This document shows, one piece after another, positions 16,550-25,533 of a DNA stretch of 25,842 nucleotides. Position 1 is the stretch's first letter. Each line of letters begins with the position of its first letter. The position numbers and the translations under genes are program-made. The DNA comes from a virus (lineage: Duplodnaviria; Caudoviricetes): positions 1 through 25,842 of the IMG/VR virus record IMGVR_UViG_3300020176_000084. The stretch is one strand, 5' to 3'. A model generated the notes under the pieces. That model did not search any database. It was not told where the DNA came from and worked only from the letters and a program-made list of their open reading frames with translations.

Positions 16550-17620
16550 CTAGGCCGCCAGGACCATATCCATGGCCTCGCGAACCTGCGCCTTCATGGC
16601 CGGATTATGGCGGATGTGCTCGGCAAAGGCCGGGCCATGCTCGGCATAGGCGCTAACCAATTCGTCGGAACCGTGCGCCAACATCTTGTCACGATATTCC
16701 AGCCACCTTGGATCATCCTCGCCATAGACCTCGCGAGCCACCCAACAGAGAAATGGCGCCAATTTCGCCGCGCCCATTGCAAAAGTCCCGGCGCCGCCCA
16801 AAAGCCCCCCGACATCCATGCCCGGCTTAGGGGACCGTTGGATCGACCCCATAGGCGTCTGGCCAAGAGCGGATTGACGCATCGCCAACATCCGCATCGG
16901 ATGCTCCTGCTCATCAAGGAAGCGGTTATAGGATTCGTCGAGGTTTGCTTGATCCATGCCGCGTTGCATGCCGCCCGCCTGTAGCCCGGCCCGTTGAGCG
17001 CCAAGCCCGAGGTTCTGAGCCATCTGAGCCGCCTGAAGCCGCGTGTTGGTGTTGAACGTATCGCCCTGGAGTTGGCGAGAGGCATCAGCCTGCCCGAGCC
17101 CCGCCGCCGTGGTAAAGCCTTGGTGGCGCAACTGTCCGGCGGTATTCCCCACCCTATCGAGCAGGTTTCGGTTCATCTCCGCATTGGCGATGCCGTGCCG
17201 CGAGCCGCCGAATGCCCCCGCCCCCGCCGCCGTCGCGTTGAGGCCGTTCTGAGCGATGGTGTTCGCTCGCGTCATGTCGTTGATGGTGTTGTTGACGACG
17301 GTGTTTTCGTGAGGGTTCTGGTAATTGCTCAGATATTCCGAACCATTCCTGACCGTCACGTCGCCGGAGCCAGTCGCCAGCCCGCCAATCGCCTCGGCGG
17401 ATTGCCGCATGGCCGGCCCCCAGGCGTTCATGTTGTCCTGCATCGAATTGAACGCGCCGGTCTCCATGTCGCTAAATCCGGCCACGGTCGGGCCTTGATA
17501 ACCGACATAGGGAGAGTTCGCCATCGTCCCCGCAATCGAAAGGTTTTGATTGGCAAAATCTTTATATTGCTTGGGGACTTCCGAACTCGTCGTTTGCGTC
17601 CCACCACCACCACCAGGCAT
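16550..17620 (-). CDS. DNA ejection/pilot protein with C-terminal CFI-box-CTERM-like domain
   Basis: GGGGGTQTTS N-terminus, YQNPHENTVV, AGAFGGSRHG; C-terminal CWVAREVYG domain. Confidence 0.78.
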   Translation of the reverse strand: MPGGGGGTQTTSSEVPKQYKDFANQNLSIAGTMANSPYVGYQGPTVAGFSDMETGAFNSMQDNMNAWGPAMRQSAEAIGGLATGSGDVTVRNGSEYLSNYQNPHENTVVNNTINDMTRANTIAQNGLNATAAGAGAFGGSRHGIANAEMNRNLLDRVGNTAGQLRHQGFTTAAGLGQADASRQLQGDTFNTNTRLQAAQMAQNLGLGAQRAGLQAGGMQRGMDQANLDESYNRFLDEQEHPMRMLAMRQSALGQTPMGSIQRSPKPGMDVGGLLGGAGTFAMGAAKLAPFLCWVAREVYGEDDPRWLEYRDKMLAHGSDELVSAYAEHGPAFAEHIRHNPAMKAQVREAMDMVLAA

Positions 17621-17979
17621 CACACTATCTCCTTTGCCAATAAATGGGCCGAGACGGAATAATCCGGCAACGCCCGCACCCAACCTTTTCGGCCACCGGC
17701 CAACATGAACGCGCACCCTTCGGACCGCGCCCAATCCTCAATATCCGGCTTCATTTCCTCAACATCGGCCATTCGCCCGCCGACAAAAACGACCCGGCAC
17801 GCTTTCAGTCGAGGGAACTGGACCATCTCGGTAACAATCGCTGTCTCGCCGTGACACCAAAGCCGCATGGTCTTGGCTTCGATCGCTTTGCGGACATCTT
17901 CCGCATTGTGCGTGGGCAAGCCTCGCCGTATCGCCGCCTCGATCAAAGGCTTGGCCTTGGCCCAAGTCTCCGGCGTCAC
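17620..17979 (-). CDS. GNAT-like phage protein of the tail/ejection module
   Basis: IEDWARSEGC...GRKGWVRAL motif, usual between nozzle and ejection genes. Confidence 0.7.
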   Translation of the reverse strand: MTPETWAKAKPLIEAAIRRGLPTHNAEDVRKAIEAKTMRLWCHGETAIVTEMVQFPRLKACRVVFVGGRMADVEEMKPDIEDWARSEGCAFMLAGGRKGWVRALPDYSVSAHLLAKEIV

Positions 17980-20036
17980 CGTTTCTCACCAGACGGTTGA
18001 ACATCAAAAGTCATCCGGCCCAACCGTCCCGACGCGGGCGCCGAAGATCCGGAATATCTGACCTTCACCTGCCGCGCCTTGATCCGCGCCGCGAGGTATT
18101 TTGTAGTTGAGCCAAGCGTCCCAAACGACTTCTCGCTCTCCGTTCCTTGCGGCCACATTTTCCCGGTCATGGTGACGGTTGCCCCGCCGACAAGATCCGC
18201 GAAATCAGGCGTGACCCGCCGCACCATCATGAGGTTGTCGCCATCACCGAGATCGATATAACCGCTCTCGACGTGCCAGGTGATCGCGTTGCCGCCGTCG
18301 GTATCACCGCGCTCCTGAAGATAGACCGTCCCGTCGGTGTGGATGCCTATCGGGTACTGAAGAACGCCGCGATCAACCCAGGCGGAGATGTCATACGTGC
18401 CGATCGACCAGTGATTTTCCTTGTAGTTGTAAATCAGGTAGGAATCGCACTCGTTCGACGCCCCCGGATAAAACCACCAGATTTCATTCCAGCGCCCGTT
18501 GACACCGCCAAAAATCAATTCCTCTTGGACATTCGCGAGCCGGTCAAAAAACCACTCGCGCACAGGACATTGAATCTCTTGCGGCGCGCCGCCCTGCCAG
18601 ACAAAGAATTTCCGACTGGTGGAGAGCCAATATACCGCGCCGGTATCCCCGACCCTGACCGCCGCGTTGGAGCCGATCAACCCGCACCCGGTTCCAACAA
18701 GGTCAAACCCAAAAACAAAGGTGGTATCTTGCAAGTACCGCATTTGATACATCGCGGTGTCAGTCCAGATCGCGTTCACGAACGGCATCGCCATGCCGCG
18801 AACAATGCGAGAGCCCTCGGCAAGCTTAAAGTCGCCCGCCGTGTTCGTCGCCGCCGGGGTCCAGTCACCGTTGGTAAATCCGCCCTCTTGCAGCGCCCAG
18901 GCGGCGAGCATCGGGTCTCGTGTCGACGTTGCCGCATCCTCTGTCCCCAGGGCCACCAGGAACCGCTCGGGCGTCATGAAGTGGCTTAGGGACTGCGCCG
19001 GGGCGTCCGTTGCTGAGAGCGCCGCCGCGTTCTGGCTCAGATTGTTGGCCCAACGATAAAGCGGGGACTCCCGATAGTTGGCCACCATATTCTGGCCGTA
19101 ATTCGAGATATGCCACACCCGCGCGCGCAAGTCGCTTTCTGTCGATGACCGGGAGTAATAGCCCGACGAATAAGTCCCCGTGCCATAGCCCGCCTGAGTA
19201 ACGCCAAATTCGCGCCCGATGTTCTCTTCATAGAAGTATTTCGACACCCCTCCCGCAGCCGATGCCGTCGCGTCCGCAGCCGATCGAGCGGTGAAAGCAT
19301 AGGTGTCCGCGTCCGTGACGGATTCAACCGGGTGCTCGTGATAGTAGGTGTACGTTGGTGTCCCGCCGCCCGTGGCAGAACTCGTGGCCACGGTGTCGAC
19401 GTGGATCAGATACGAGTCATTGTTAAGAACATAGACCCGGTGGGTTTTATCAATATCCCCCGTTCCAACGCCGCCAACCGCCGCCGAGCTTCCGAGGGTC
19501 GCGTATTCCCCTCGGGTCAGGCCGTGCGCCGTGTGGTTGATAATCATAAATTTGGAATTCTGAATGGTTTCGAGAAGCCCCGAACCAAGCGTTCCAGAAG
19601 CGCCGATCGACAACCCGCCCACGGTCGCCGCGCACTGCAAATATGCCGCATCGCCAACCGTCAGCCCATGCGCCGTGTGCGTGACCGTGACAGTGGTTGA
19701 CCCGCCGACGGTCGCCATGCGGCTGGTAAACTCTCCGCTCGCCCGAGATGGGGTGACATCCCATATCCTGGCGTCATGGTAGACATAGATCTTTTTATGC
19801 GTGCCAATGCCGACAAGTTTCTGCCCAGCATTGTCTTCCCATGCATGGGTGGCGCGCGCTTTCCCGGCAACCGTGTCGAGCGTCGCCTTTTCCTGCCCGC
19901 CGATGATTTGTGGCAAGCCCTCGCCGTTCACGACGCGAAATCGAACCTTGTCCGCATCGGTATAGGCCCCCTCGGATGACAATTCCGAGTTGTCCTTAAC
20001 GACACCAGGGCGGAGACGGGGGGCGAAGTTCGCCAT
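17976..20036 (-). CDS. Tail tubular/nozzle (stabilisation) protein with inserted HTAHGL beta-domains
   Basis: 686 aa beta-propeller-like; WTPAATNTAGDFKL, WTDTAMY, NEIWWFYP and YNYKENHWSIG motifs. Confidence 0.85.
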   Translation of the reverse strand: MANFAPRLRPGVVKDNSELSSEGAYTDADKVRFRVVNGEGLPQIIGGQEKATLDTVAGKARATHAWEDNAGQKLVGIGTHKKIYVYHDARIWDVTPSRASGEFTSRMATVGGSTTVTVTHTAHGLTVGDAAYLQCAATVGGLSIGASGTLGSGLLETIQNSKFMIINHTAHGLTRGEYATLGSSAAVGGVGTGDIDKTHRVYVLNNDSYLIHVDTVATSSATGGGTPTYTYYHEHPVESVTDADTYAFTARSAADATASAAGGVSKYFYEENIGREFGVTQAGYGTGTYSSGYYSRSSTESDLRARVWHISNYGQNMVANYRESPLYRWANNLSQNAAALSATDAPAQSLSHFMTPERFLVALGTEDAATSTRDPMLAAWALQEGGFTNGDWTPAATNTAGDFKLAEGSRIVRGMAMPFVNAIWTDTAMYQMRYLQDTTFVFGFDLVGTGCGLIGSNAAVRVGDTGAVYWLSTSRKFFVWQGGAPQEIQCPVREWFFDRLANVQEELIFGGVNGRWNEIWWFYPGASNECDSYLIYNYKENHWSIGTYDISAWVDRGVLQYPIGIHTDGTVYLQERGDTDGGNAITWHVESGYIDLGDGDNLMMVRRVTPDFADLVGGATVTMTGKMWPQGTESEKSFGTLGSTTKYLAARIKARQVKVRYSGSSAPASGRLGRMTFDVQPSGEKR

Positions 20037-20037
20037 G

Positions 20038-20634
20038 TTAAGACGGCCAGCCGACGGTGATGTCCCGATCGGCTATTTCTTGAGCCGTTCGAGCGGGATC
20101 GTTGATATATTCGGCGTGCGCGCTTTCAGCCGCCTGATCTGCCGCCTTATGCGCGACCGCCTGTTGGTATAGAGCGGTCGCCAGCGTCGATGTCATGGGC
20201 ACGACAACTCCGGATCGCGTGGTCACCTTGTTCGTTCCGGTCAAGCTTCCGTCAACGTAAGCATCTCGGGCCTCTTTGATCTCGGCAATAGCGTCCGGCG
20301 TAGTCGCAATAAAAATGCCGTTGAAGGTCATCCCGTCCTGCGATCGACGGCGATACTCGGCGCTCAAGGCATCAAGCTTGGCCTTGCGGACGCTCGCCAC
20401 CCGCGCGGTCGTTTCTTCCGCCGTCAAGGCTGCCGTGACCCATGCCGCCCCGTCCCACGATTGCTTGTGTGTGTTCGGATTGAAGATCGGTGCGCCTGTG
20501 GCCGCGACATAGCCCAGCGTGGCTAGTTTGGCATCGGACAGCTCATTGAGGGCGGTGTAGTTGGTGCCATCCGCCGCAAGGTGCGATTTGGGAAGCGGAG
20601 CCGGAACCGCGCCATTAAAGGAATAGAGCGTCAT
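20038..20634 (-). CDS. Tail fibre assembly-like protein (DUF4376-like)
   Basis: HKQSWDGAAW, KAKLDALSAEYRRR and terminal DITVGWP. Confidence 0.75.
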   Translation of the reverse strand: MTLYSFNGAVPAPLPKSHLAADGTNYTALNELSDAKLATLGYVAATGAPIFNPNTHKQSWDGAAWVTAALTAEETTARVASVRKAKLDALSAEYRRRSQDGMTFNGIFIATTPDAIAEIKEARDAYVDGSLTGTNKVTTRSGVVVPMTSTLATALYQQAVAHKAADQAAESAHAEYINDPARTAQEIADRDITVGWPS

Positions 20635-20939
20635 TCCCAACCTCCCGCTAGCATTTGTGAAAGTGTCGGCGGCGTGAAGTTCGCATCGCTCGCCTCAATA
20701 CCTGCTCGTATCGCAAACCCGCACATCTGTCCCGTAAAATTACTGCCGGAAAAACCCGTTTCCTTGCCGACGGAAGCAAGAATATTGGTACCTGTTCCCG
20801 CACCAAACATATTGCCGGTGACCGATGTCCAAGTGGTGTCGAGCACCCCGTCTAGGAAATGATAGGCTTTGCTTTCTGACACATCATGCACAGTGCGGAT
20901 ATGACGCCACGTATTAGTGCCGATCGCGAGGTAGGTCAT
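20631..20939 (-). CDS. Partial LamG/concanavalin-A-like domain (probable remnant of a former tail-fibre C-terminus)
   Basis: NTWRHI...HFLDGVLD...FTGQMCGFAI...ANFTPPT; AAGGA RBS; coupled to the next gene. Confidence 0.6.
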   Translation of the reverse strand: MTYLAIGTNTWRHIRTVHDVSESKAYHFLDGVLDTTWTSVTGNMFGAGTGTNILASVGKETGFSGSNFTGQMCGFAIRAGIEASDANFTPPTLSQMLAGGWE

Positions 20940-20968
20940 TGGTGTGTCCTTATATGATGCTGCGGTCT

Positions 20969-21730
20969 TTACGCCGGGTTCTCTGGGAAGCCGTGTAGTA
21001 TTGGATTGTGCGCGGCGGTGTATCGACTGGCGTGGGTGAAGCGCATGGCGGTCATGTTGCCGCCGAAGAAACCTCCCCCGTCCGTGAACAGCTTAAACGC
21101 CTGCCAGTTGGTGTCGTAATCGTTGGTGTCAGCACCGGACGTTATTAGACTTCCGTTCCAGAACATGCGCGTCGTTCCGCTGGCGCGATCCAAGGTGATG
21201 TTCTCAACCATCGGGCCGTTGGCGGTATCGTAGCCGGCCCCCGGCTCAAAATTTCCGAAAAGAGATCCACCCGCGCGATACCAATACCAGTTTGCTCCGT
21301 CATAGAAATGCCCCTGGAAATGTCGAGCGCCGACCGCACCGGCGGTGTATGCGTAGTGTGCAGAAAACGCCGCATCCAAAGCCCGGTTGCCAACGAACTC
21401 TATGCAATAGTCGCCAGTGCCGAACTGAAGACCGGCATCGTCGGAGTACGTGACGGACGCACTGGACGGGTCGGCATACGCGCCCCAAATCGGAGACCGA
21501 CCGCTATCGTCGGTGATGGTTACCGACCCCGCCGCGATTGTCGCGGTGCGCCCATCCGGGCCTCGATCATGCAAGCCGTCAACGCCGACATCTCCAGCGT
21601 GCGGCTGGATCAGGAGTTTAACGCTGGACCAGAGTGGGTCGGTTTCACCTACCGCCGACCCCGCCGCGCCGTCCGCGATATGCTGGAACGGGCTGTCACT
21701 TAGGCTCCCGCCGATTACAGGGTTTCTCAT
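20969..21730 (-). CDS. Tail fibre/receptor-binding protein with LamG-like lectin domain
   Basis: DPLWSSVKLLI, FGTGDYCIEF, RASGTTRMFWNG, MRFTHASRYT. Confidence 0.75.
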   Translation of the reverse strand: MRNPVIGGSLSDSPFQHIADGAAGSAVGETDPLWSSVKLLIQPHAGDVGVDGLHDRGPDGRTATIAAGSVTITDDSGRSPIWGAYADPSSASVTYSDDAGLQFGTGDYCIEFVGNRALDAAFSAHYAYTAGAVGARHFQGHFYDGANWYWYRAGGSLFGNFEPGAGYDTANGPMVENITLDRASGTTRMFWNGSLITSGADTNDYDTNWQAFKLFTDGGGFFGGNMTAMRFTHASRYTAAHNPILHGFPENPA

Positions 21731-21734
21731 CCTA

Positions 21735-22175
21735 TCATCCAATCACTTGGTAGATACCATTAAGCGTAAGGTCGTCGGCGGCACTCGCTTGGAACACCAG
21801 CGACTGGTCCTCCATCAGGTCGATAGGCGAGTTACGGTCAACACACACGACGGCCTTGCCGGTGTCGATGCTCAGGTTGAGGGGGATGACATCGCCGAGG
21901 GAAGACCCAGCGACCGTGTCGGACCCATAGGCCACCTGACTGTCACCAACGTCCGAGTGGATACCCGCACCGTCCTGGTCGTAACGCTTACCTTGGCAAG
22001 TGACGGCGGCGGCGCTGGCGTCGTTGTTCACGGCGACCAGGGACACCAGGCGTACCAGCTTGCCGCTGGACGCGGTGTTAGACAGAATGTTTCGGTTGGT
22101 CGTCGCACTGGAGAAGGCTACGGAGAAGCCATATTCCTTTACGGTCGTTGAACCGGAAATCGTTGGTGCGGCCAT
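21735..22175 (-). CDS. Small virion/tail protein
   Basis: ILSNTASSGKL...IDLMEDQSL pattern; coupled in the tail operon. Confidence 0.75.
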   Translation of the reverse strand: MAAPTISGSTTVKEYGFSVAFSSATTNRNILSNTASSGKLVRLVSLVAVNNDASAAAVTCQGKRYDQDGAGIHSDVGDSQVAYGSDTVAGSSLGDVIPLNLSIDTGKAVVCVDRNSPIDLMEDQSLVFQASAADDLTLNGIYQVIG

Positions 22176-22927
22176 TACATGACTCCCATCGCCATCGCGT
22201 GGTTAAGGTTGAGATTCGAGACAGGGGATACCACGGCGGTATCCGCCGCCACGGTCAGCGTTTCGTCCGCGCCGTCATTGTTTTCGGTCAACGTGACGCC
22301 CGAACCAGCCACCAGAGCGCCGTTCAGATACTGGGCGGTCGTATCGTTCGCGCTCACCAGAACCGCGCCGGACGCCGCCGGGATCGCGGACGATGCGATG
22401 GCCGTGTTCATTTGCCCGACATTCACGCCGTCCGTTGTTGCCGTCCCCGTGGCAAGCGCGGTGATTTTTTGCGACCCCATCGAAACGGATGACGTTGGCG
22501 CGCCCAGGTCATCAAGATTAATCGGGCCAGTGGCGTAACAATCAGTTCCGTCACAAACGATGCTGACGCCCTGCCCCGTCGCGAGAGTCACCGTCGCGGA
22601 CCCGCCGGAAGTCTTAATCGTCGCGGTTTGCCCCGATTTATTGTGAAACAAAAACCGGCTTTTGACGCTCGCCAACGTCACCGTAAACGCGGCGGACGGG
22701 GAGCCCGCGAGGATATGCCCCGGCTGGCGGTTCTGCTGGCTCACATAGTTCGATGACGTGAGGGTCATGTCCCCGGTCACCGTATGGGTAACGACGCCGT
22801 GAATGCCCTCGGACATCTGCTGGATGGCGTTATTTAGCCCCGCCGTGGTGTCGGTGCCCCAGGTGTTCAGGTTGTCCCCCGCGTCCTGTACGGGATAACC
22901 ACCATAATTCGATGCCGATGTGCTCAT
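22175..22927 (-). CDS. Tail fibre base/structural protein
   Basis: GDNLNTWG N-terminus; SMGSQKITALATGTATTDGVNVGQM stalk motif. Confidence 0.8.
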   Translation of the reverse strand: MSTSASNYGGYPVQDAGDNLNTWGTDTTAGLNNAIQQMSEGIHGVVTHTVTGDMTLTSSNYVSQQNRQPGHILAGSPSAAFTVTLASVKSRFLFHNKSGQTATIKTSGGSATVTLATGQGVSIVCDGTDCYATGPINLDDLGAPTSSVSMGSQKITALATGTATTDGVNVGQMNTAIASSAIPAASGAVLVSANDTTAQYLNGALVAGSGVTLTENNDGADETLTVAADTAVVSPVSNLNLNHAMAMGVM

Positions 22928-23193
22928 GATACAGTCGCTCCGTCGCTAACGCGCTTCCAGTTCGTCCCGTCGCTCGTGGCGAGCGTCCGTCCGCCGGCCT
23001 CATCCGTCACGATGACCACGCTATTGAAATGCGTCGTCGCGCTCGGAAGCGTCGCCACCGTGTAGGCTGCGACTTTCGGGATCTGGCCTAGCGAGAATTT
23101 GCTGTTTTCAAGGTTCTGAAGCTTGGGGGTGAGAACCTGGATCACGGACCACGCCCATTGCTCCCAGGCCTTGCCAGTCGGGGCCGGGATCAT
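22924..23193 (-). CDS. Small virion protein
   Basis: YTVATLPSA...VTDEAGG...SDGTNWKRVSDG motif. Confidence 0.75.
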   Translation of the reverse strand: MIPAPTGKAWEQWAWSVIQVLTPKLQNLENSKFSLGQIPKVAAYTVATLPSATTHFNSVVIVTDEAGGRTLATSDGTNWKRVSDGATVS

Positions 23194-23825
23194 ACGACCA
23201 CCACGTCAAGCTGAGTCTTGATCGGCGAACCGCTGTAGATCGCCCGCGCGCTTTCACCTTTCAACGCCCCCACCGCCCTGTCATAGAGGCCAATCCACAC
23301 TTGGAGCCGCGCGTCATCTTCAAGATATGGCGCGGAATGCACCAGGGAGCCGTAGAGGTAGACATCCGGATAATTGGTCAGAAGCCAATTCGTGTCCGCG
23401 TCGTCCGTCAGAACGGTTAGGGCCTGGTAATAGTGTAATTCGACGTTATAGGCGGCATCCGACGGCGGGCGAATGAGCATATTCCCGCCCTGGATCGCAT
23501 AGGCCACCGGCTGGGCCGTCGTTGTGTTTGGATACTCCTGGAACAAGTCGAAGATCGTCTTGCTCACCAGCGCCTTCAGTGGTGTCGATTGCAATATCAC
23601 CGCCTCGGCGCTCAAGAAATCGGTGGGCAGCGTGAGGCTGGTCCCGCTAGCCGCGAGCGCGATTGTCTCGCTCGTTTGTTGCCGGCGATGCAGAAGATCC
23701 CGCTTGATATTGACCTCGAACAATCGGACAAAATCCGGCACCTTGGCCGTGAAATCCGTGTCGCCATCTCGCGCCAGTTCAGCGCCAATCGACGTTTTAA
23801 GCTGCCCGTAATTCGCGAGTGCCAT
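23190..23825 (-). CDS. Head-tail adaptor protein
   Basis: MALANYGQLKTSI, LPTDFL and TNWLLTNYPDVYLYGSLVHSAPYLEDD motifs. Confidence 0.88.
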   Translation of the reverse strand: MALANYGQLKTSIGAELARDGDTDFTAKVPDFVRLFEVNIKRDLLHRRQQTSETIALAASGTSLTLPTDFLSAEAVILQSTPLKALVSKTIFDLFQEYPNTTTAQPVAYAIQGGNMLIRPPSDAAYNVELHYYQALTVLTDDADTNWLLTNYPDVYLYGSLVHSAPYLEDDARLQVWIGLYDRAVGALKGESARAIYSGSPIKTQLDVVVV

Positions 23826-25131
23826 TCGTCGCCTCCAATACCGATTTCAAATCCCACGGCTCATGAACGACGTTCACGCAGCCAAACCAGGGGTGCGTGG
23901 CCTCGTTTATTCCATAACGCCAATGGTGATAGTCCTTCGGCAGTAAAACCCACGTCGGCGTGCCGAGCGCGCCGGCAAGGTTAATCACCGAGGTTGGAAC
24001 CGAAATCACCGCATCCAATTCGGCGACTAGCGCCGCCGTGTCGTCATAGTCCGGCGTTTCGACCATAAACGGCCAATGGATAATCCCAGGAACGAGGGGT
24101 GGCTCTTTGTACTGGAGAGAGATGAACGTAACGTCCGGCCCGTCTGTGAACGGGGACACCCCCAATTTCTCCAATAGCCACTGAGCATCAACCTGCCTCT
24201 CGTATCCCGCGCCCTTCGCAAAGCCGCCTGTCCAGGCCAGCCCGATTTTCCGTCCCGGTAAATCATCCAAAAGCGCCCGCGCCATCTTCCGCCGCTCGGG
24301 GCATGCGGTCAGATACGGCTTGCGCGGGCAATCGTCCGGCTTGTCCCAGAAATGCATCGGCAAGGATGAAATCGGGATCTTATGCGTCGGGCTGAAATCC
24401 GCCAGCCAGGGCTTATCAGTCTGATATCGAGTGCCGCGAACCTTCAGCCATGGGAACGATCTTTGAAACAACCCAGCTAGCTTTGGGTTGGTTTCCAGAA
24501 CGACATCGCGCCCCTCCAATTCATGTAGCAGGGCGGCAAAATAAACCTCATCGCCGACGCCTTGCTCGCCATAGACAACTAGCCGGTCGAAGTCGCCGTC
24601 GATCCACATCTCCGCGTCGCCGAAAAACCGCTCGGGACGCTCGGGCTGCCCCACATGGGAATGCATGCAGCGCCAGCCGTTTTCCCAATCTCCCTTGGTC
24701 ATGTAGACCATGCCCAGATTGCCGAGCGTGTCGGGGGAATTCGGGTCGATCTCAATGGCGCGGTGGTAAAATTCCAGCGCCTCGTCATGCCGCCCCATCG
24801 AGTGAAGAACGGTGCCCATGTTCGATAGCGCGAATTTGTAATCCGGGTCTCGTTCAAGAGCCTTGGCGTAGAATTCAGCCGCTTGCTCGTGCTGATGCCA
24901 GGCATAGAGGCATCGGCCAATCCCATTGTGCGGCGCCGCCTTTTCAGGCGCGATCCGCATCGATTGTTGGAACATCTGAAACGCAACGCCCAGGTTGCCG
25001 TGGTCGAACAGCGCCGCCCCCATGCAATACAGGCATTCGGCGTCATTGGGGTGATCGTTCAGATAACTCTCATAGAGGCTCAACGCGCCGGTCGGGTCAC
25101 CCGCCTCGACCAACCGGCGCGCTTGGATCAT
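23797..25131 (-). CDS. TPR-repeat glycosyltransferase (GT-B, GT9/FlmG-like)
   Basis: About five N-terminal TPRs; EQGVGDEVYFA, KIGLAWTGG, FISLQY and DDTAALVAELDAVISVPTSVINLAGALGTPTW. Confidence 0.85.
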   Translation of the reverse strand: MIQARRLVEAGDPTGALSLYESYLNDHPNDAECLYCMGAALFDHGNLGVAFQMFQQSMRIAPEKAAPHNGIGRCLYAWHQHEQAAEFYAKALERDPDYKFALSNMGTVLHSMGRHDEALEFYHRAIEIDPNSPDTLGNLGMVYMTKGDWENGWRCMHSHVGQPERPERFFGDAEMWIDGDFDRLVVYGEQGVGDEVYFAALLHELEGRDVVLETNPKLAGLFQRSFPWLKVRGTRYQTDKPWLADFSPTHKIPISSLPMHFWDKPDDCPRKPYLTACPERRKMARALLDDLPGRKIGLAWTGGFAKGAGYERQVDAQWLLEKLGVSPFTDGPDVTFISLQYKEPPLVPGIIHWPFMVETPDYDDTAALVAELDAVISVPTSVINLAGALGTPTWVLLPKDYHHWRYGINEATHPWFGCVNVVHEPWDLKSVLEATNGTRELRAA

Positions 25132-25463
25132 ACGTTCCAATGGGCGCTCCGCAGATGCCGCCAATCAGAATCGTTCAACAGTCGCTTGACCGCCGGCCAA
25201 TGGTCCTTGTTGAAAACGTCGATGCCCTTCTCGGTTTTCCATTGTTGGATAACCGTGAGGGGGATGGTGCCGACCTTGCGAAAATCTCGGCTTTCACTCC
25301 ATCCGCCGTGATCCTCGTTGGCCTGGTATTTGTTGGCCTCGATGATGCCGCTCACGTCCTGAACTTCGTGAACCTTGAACTCGTTCCCGTCGGTGGATTC
25401 ATTGACGTACCACGTCTGAATCCCGGTCAACGGATCGATATCAATCAAGCGTTTGTCGGTCAT
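25128..25463 (-). CDS. Conserved phage protein downstream of the capsid gene
   Basis: QDVSGIIEANK...VGTIP...VKRLLNDSDWRHLR; GGAG RBS. Confidence 0.8.
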   Translation of the reverse strand: MTDKRLIDIDPLTGIQTWYVNESTDGNEFKVHEVQDVSGIIEANKYQANEDHGGWSESRDFRKVGTIPLTVIQQWKTEKGIDVFNKDHWPAVKRLLNDSDWRHLRSAHWNV

Positions 25464-25480
25464 GATTTCTCCAGAGGAAA

Positions 25481-25500
25481 CGGGGGGCCGAAGCCCCCCG
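25481..25500 (-). terminator. GC hairpin (cUUCGg loop) after the capsid gene; weak terminator or stabiliser
   Basis: CGGGGGGC-TTCG-GCCCCCCG followed by only TTTCCT. Confidence 0.6.
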
Positions 25501-25533
25501 CCCATGGTTACGCGCAAGCCGTAGGGTGTACCC

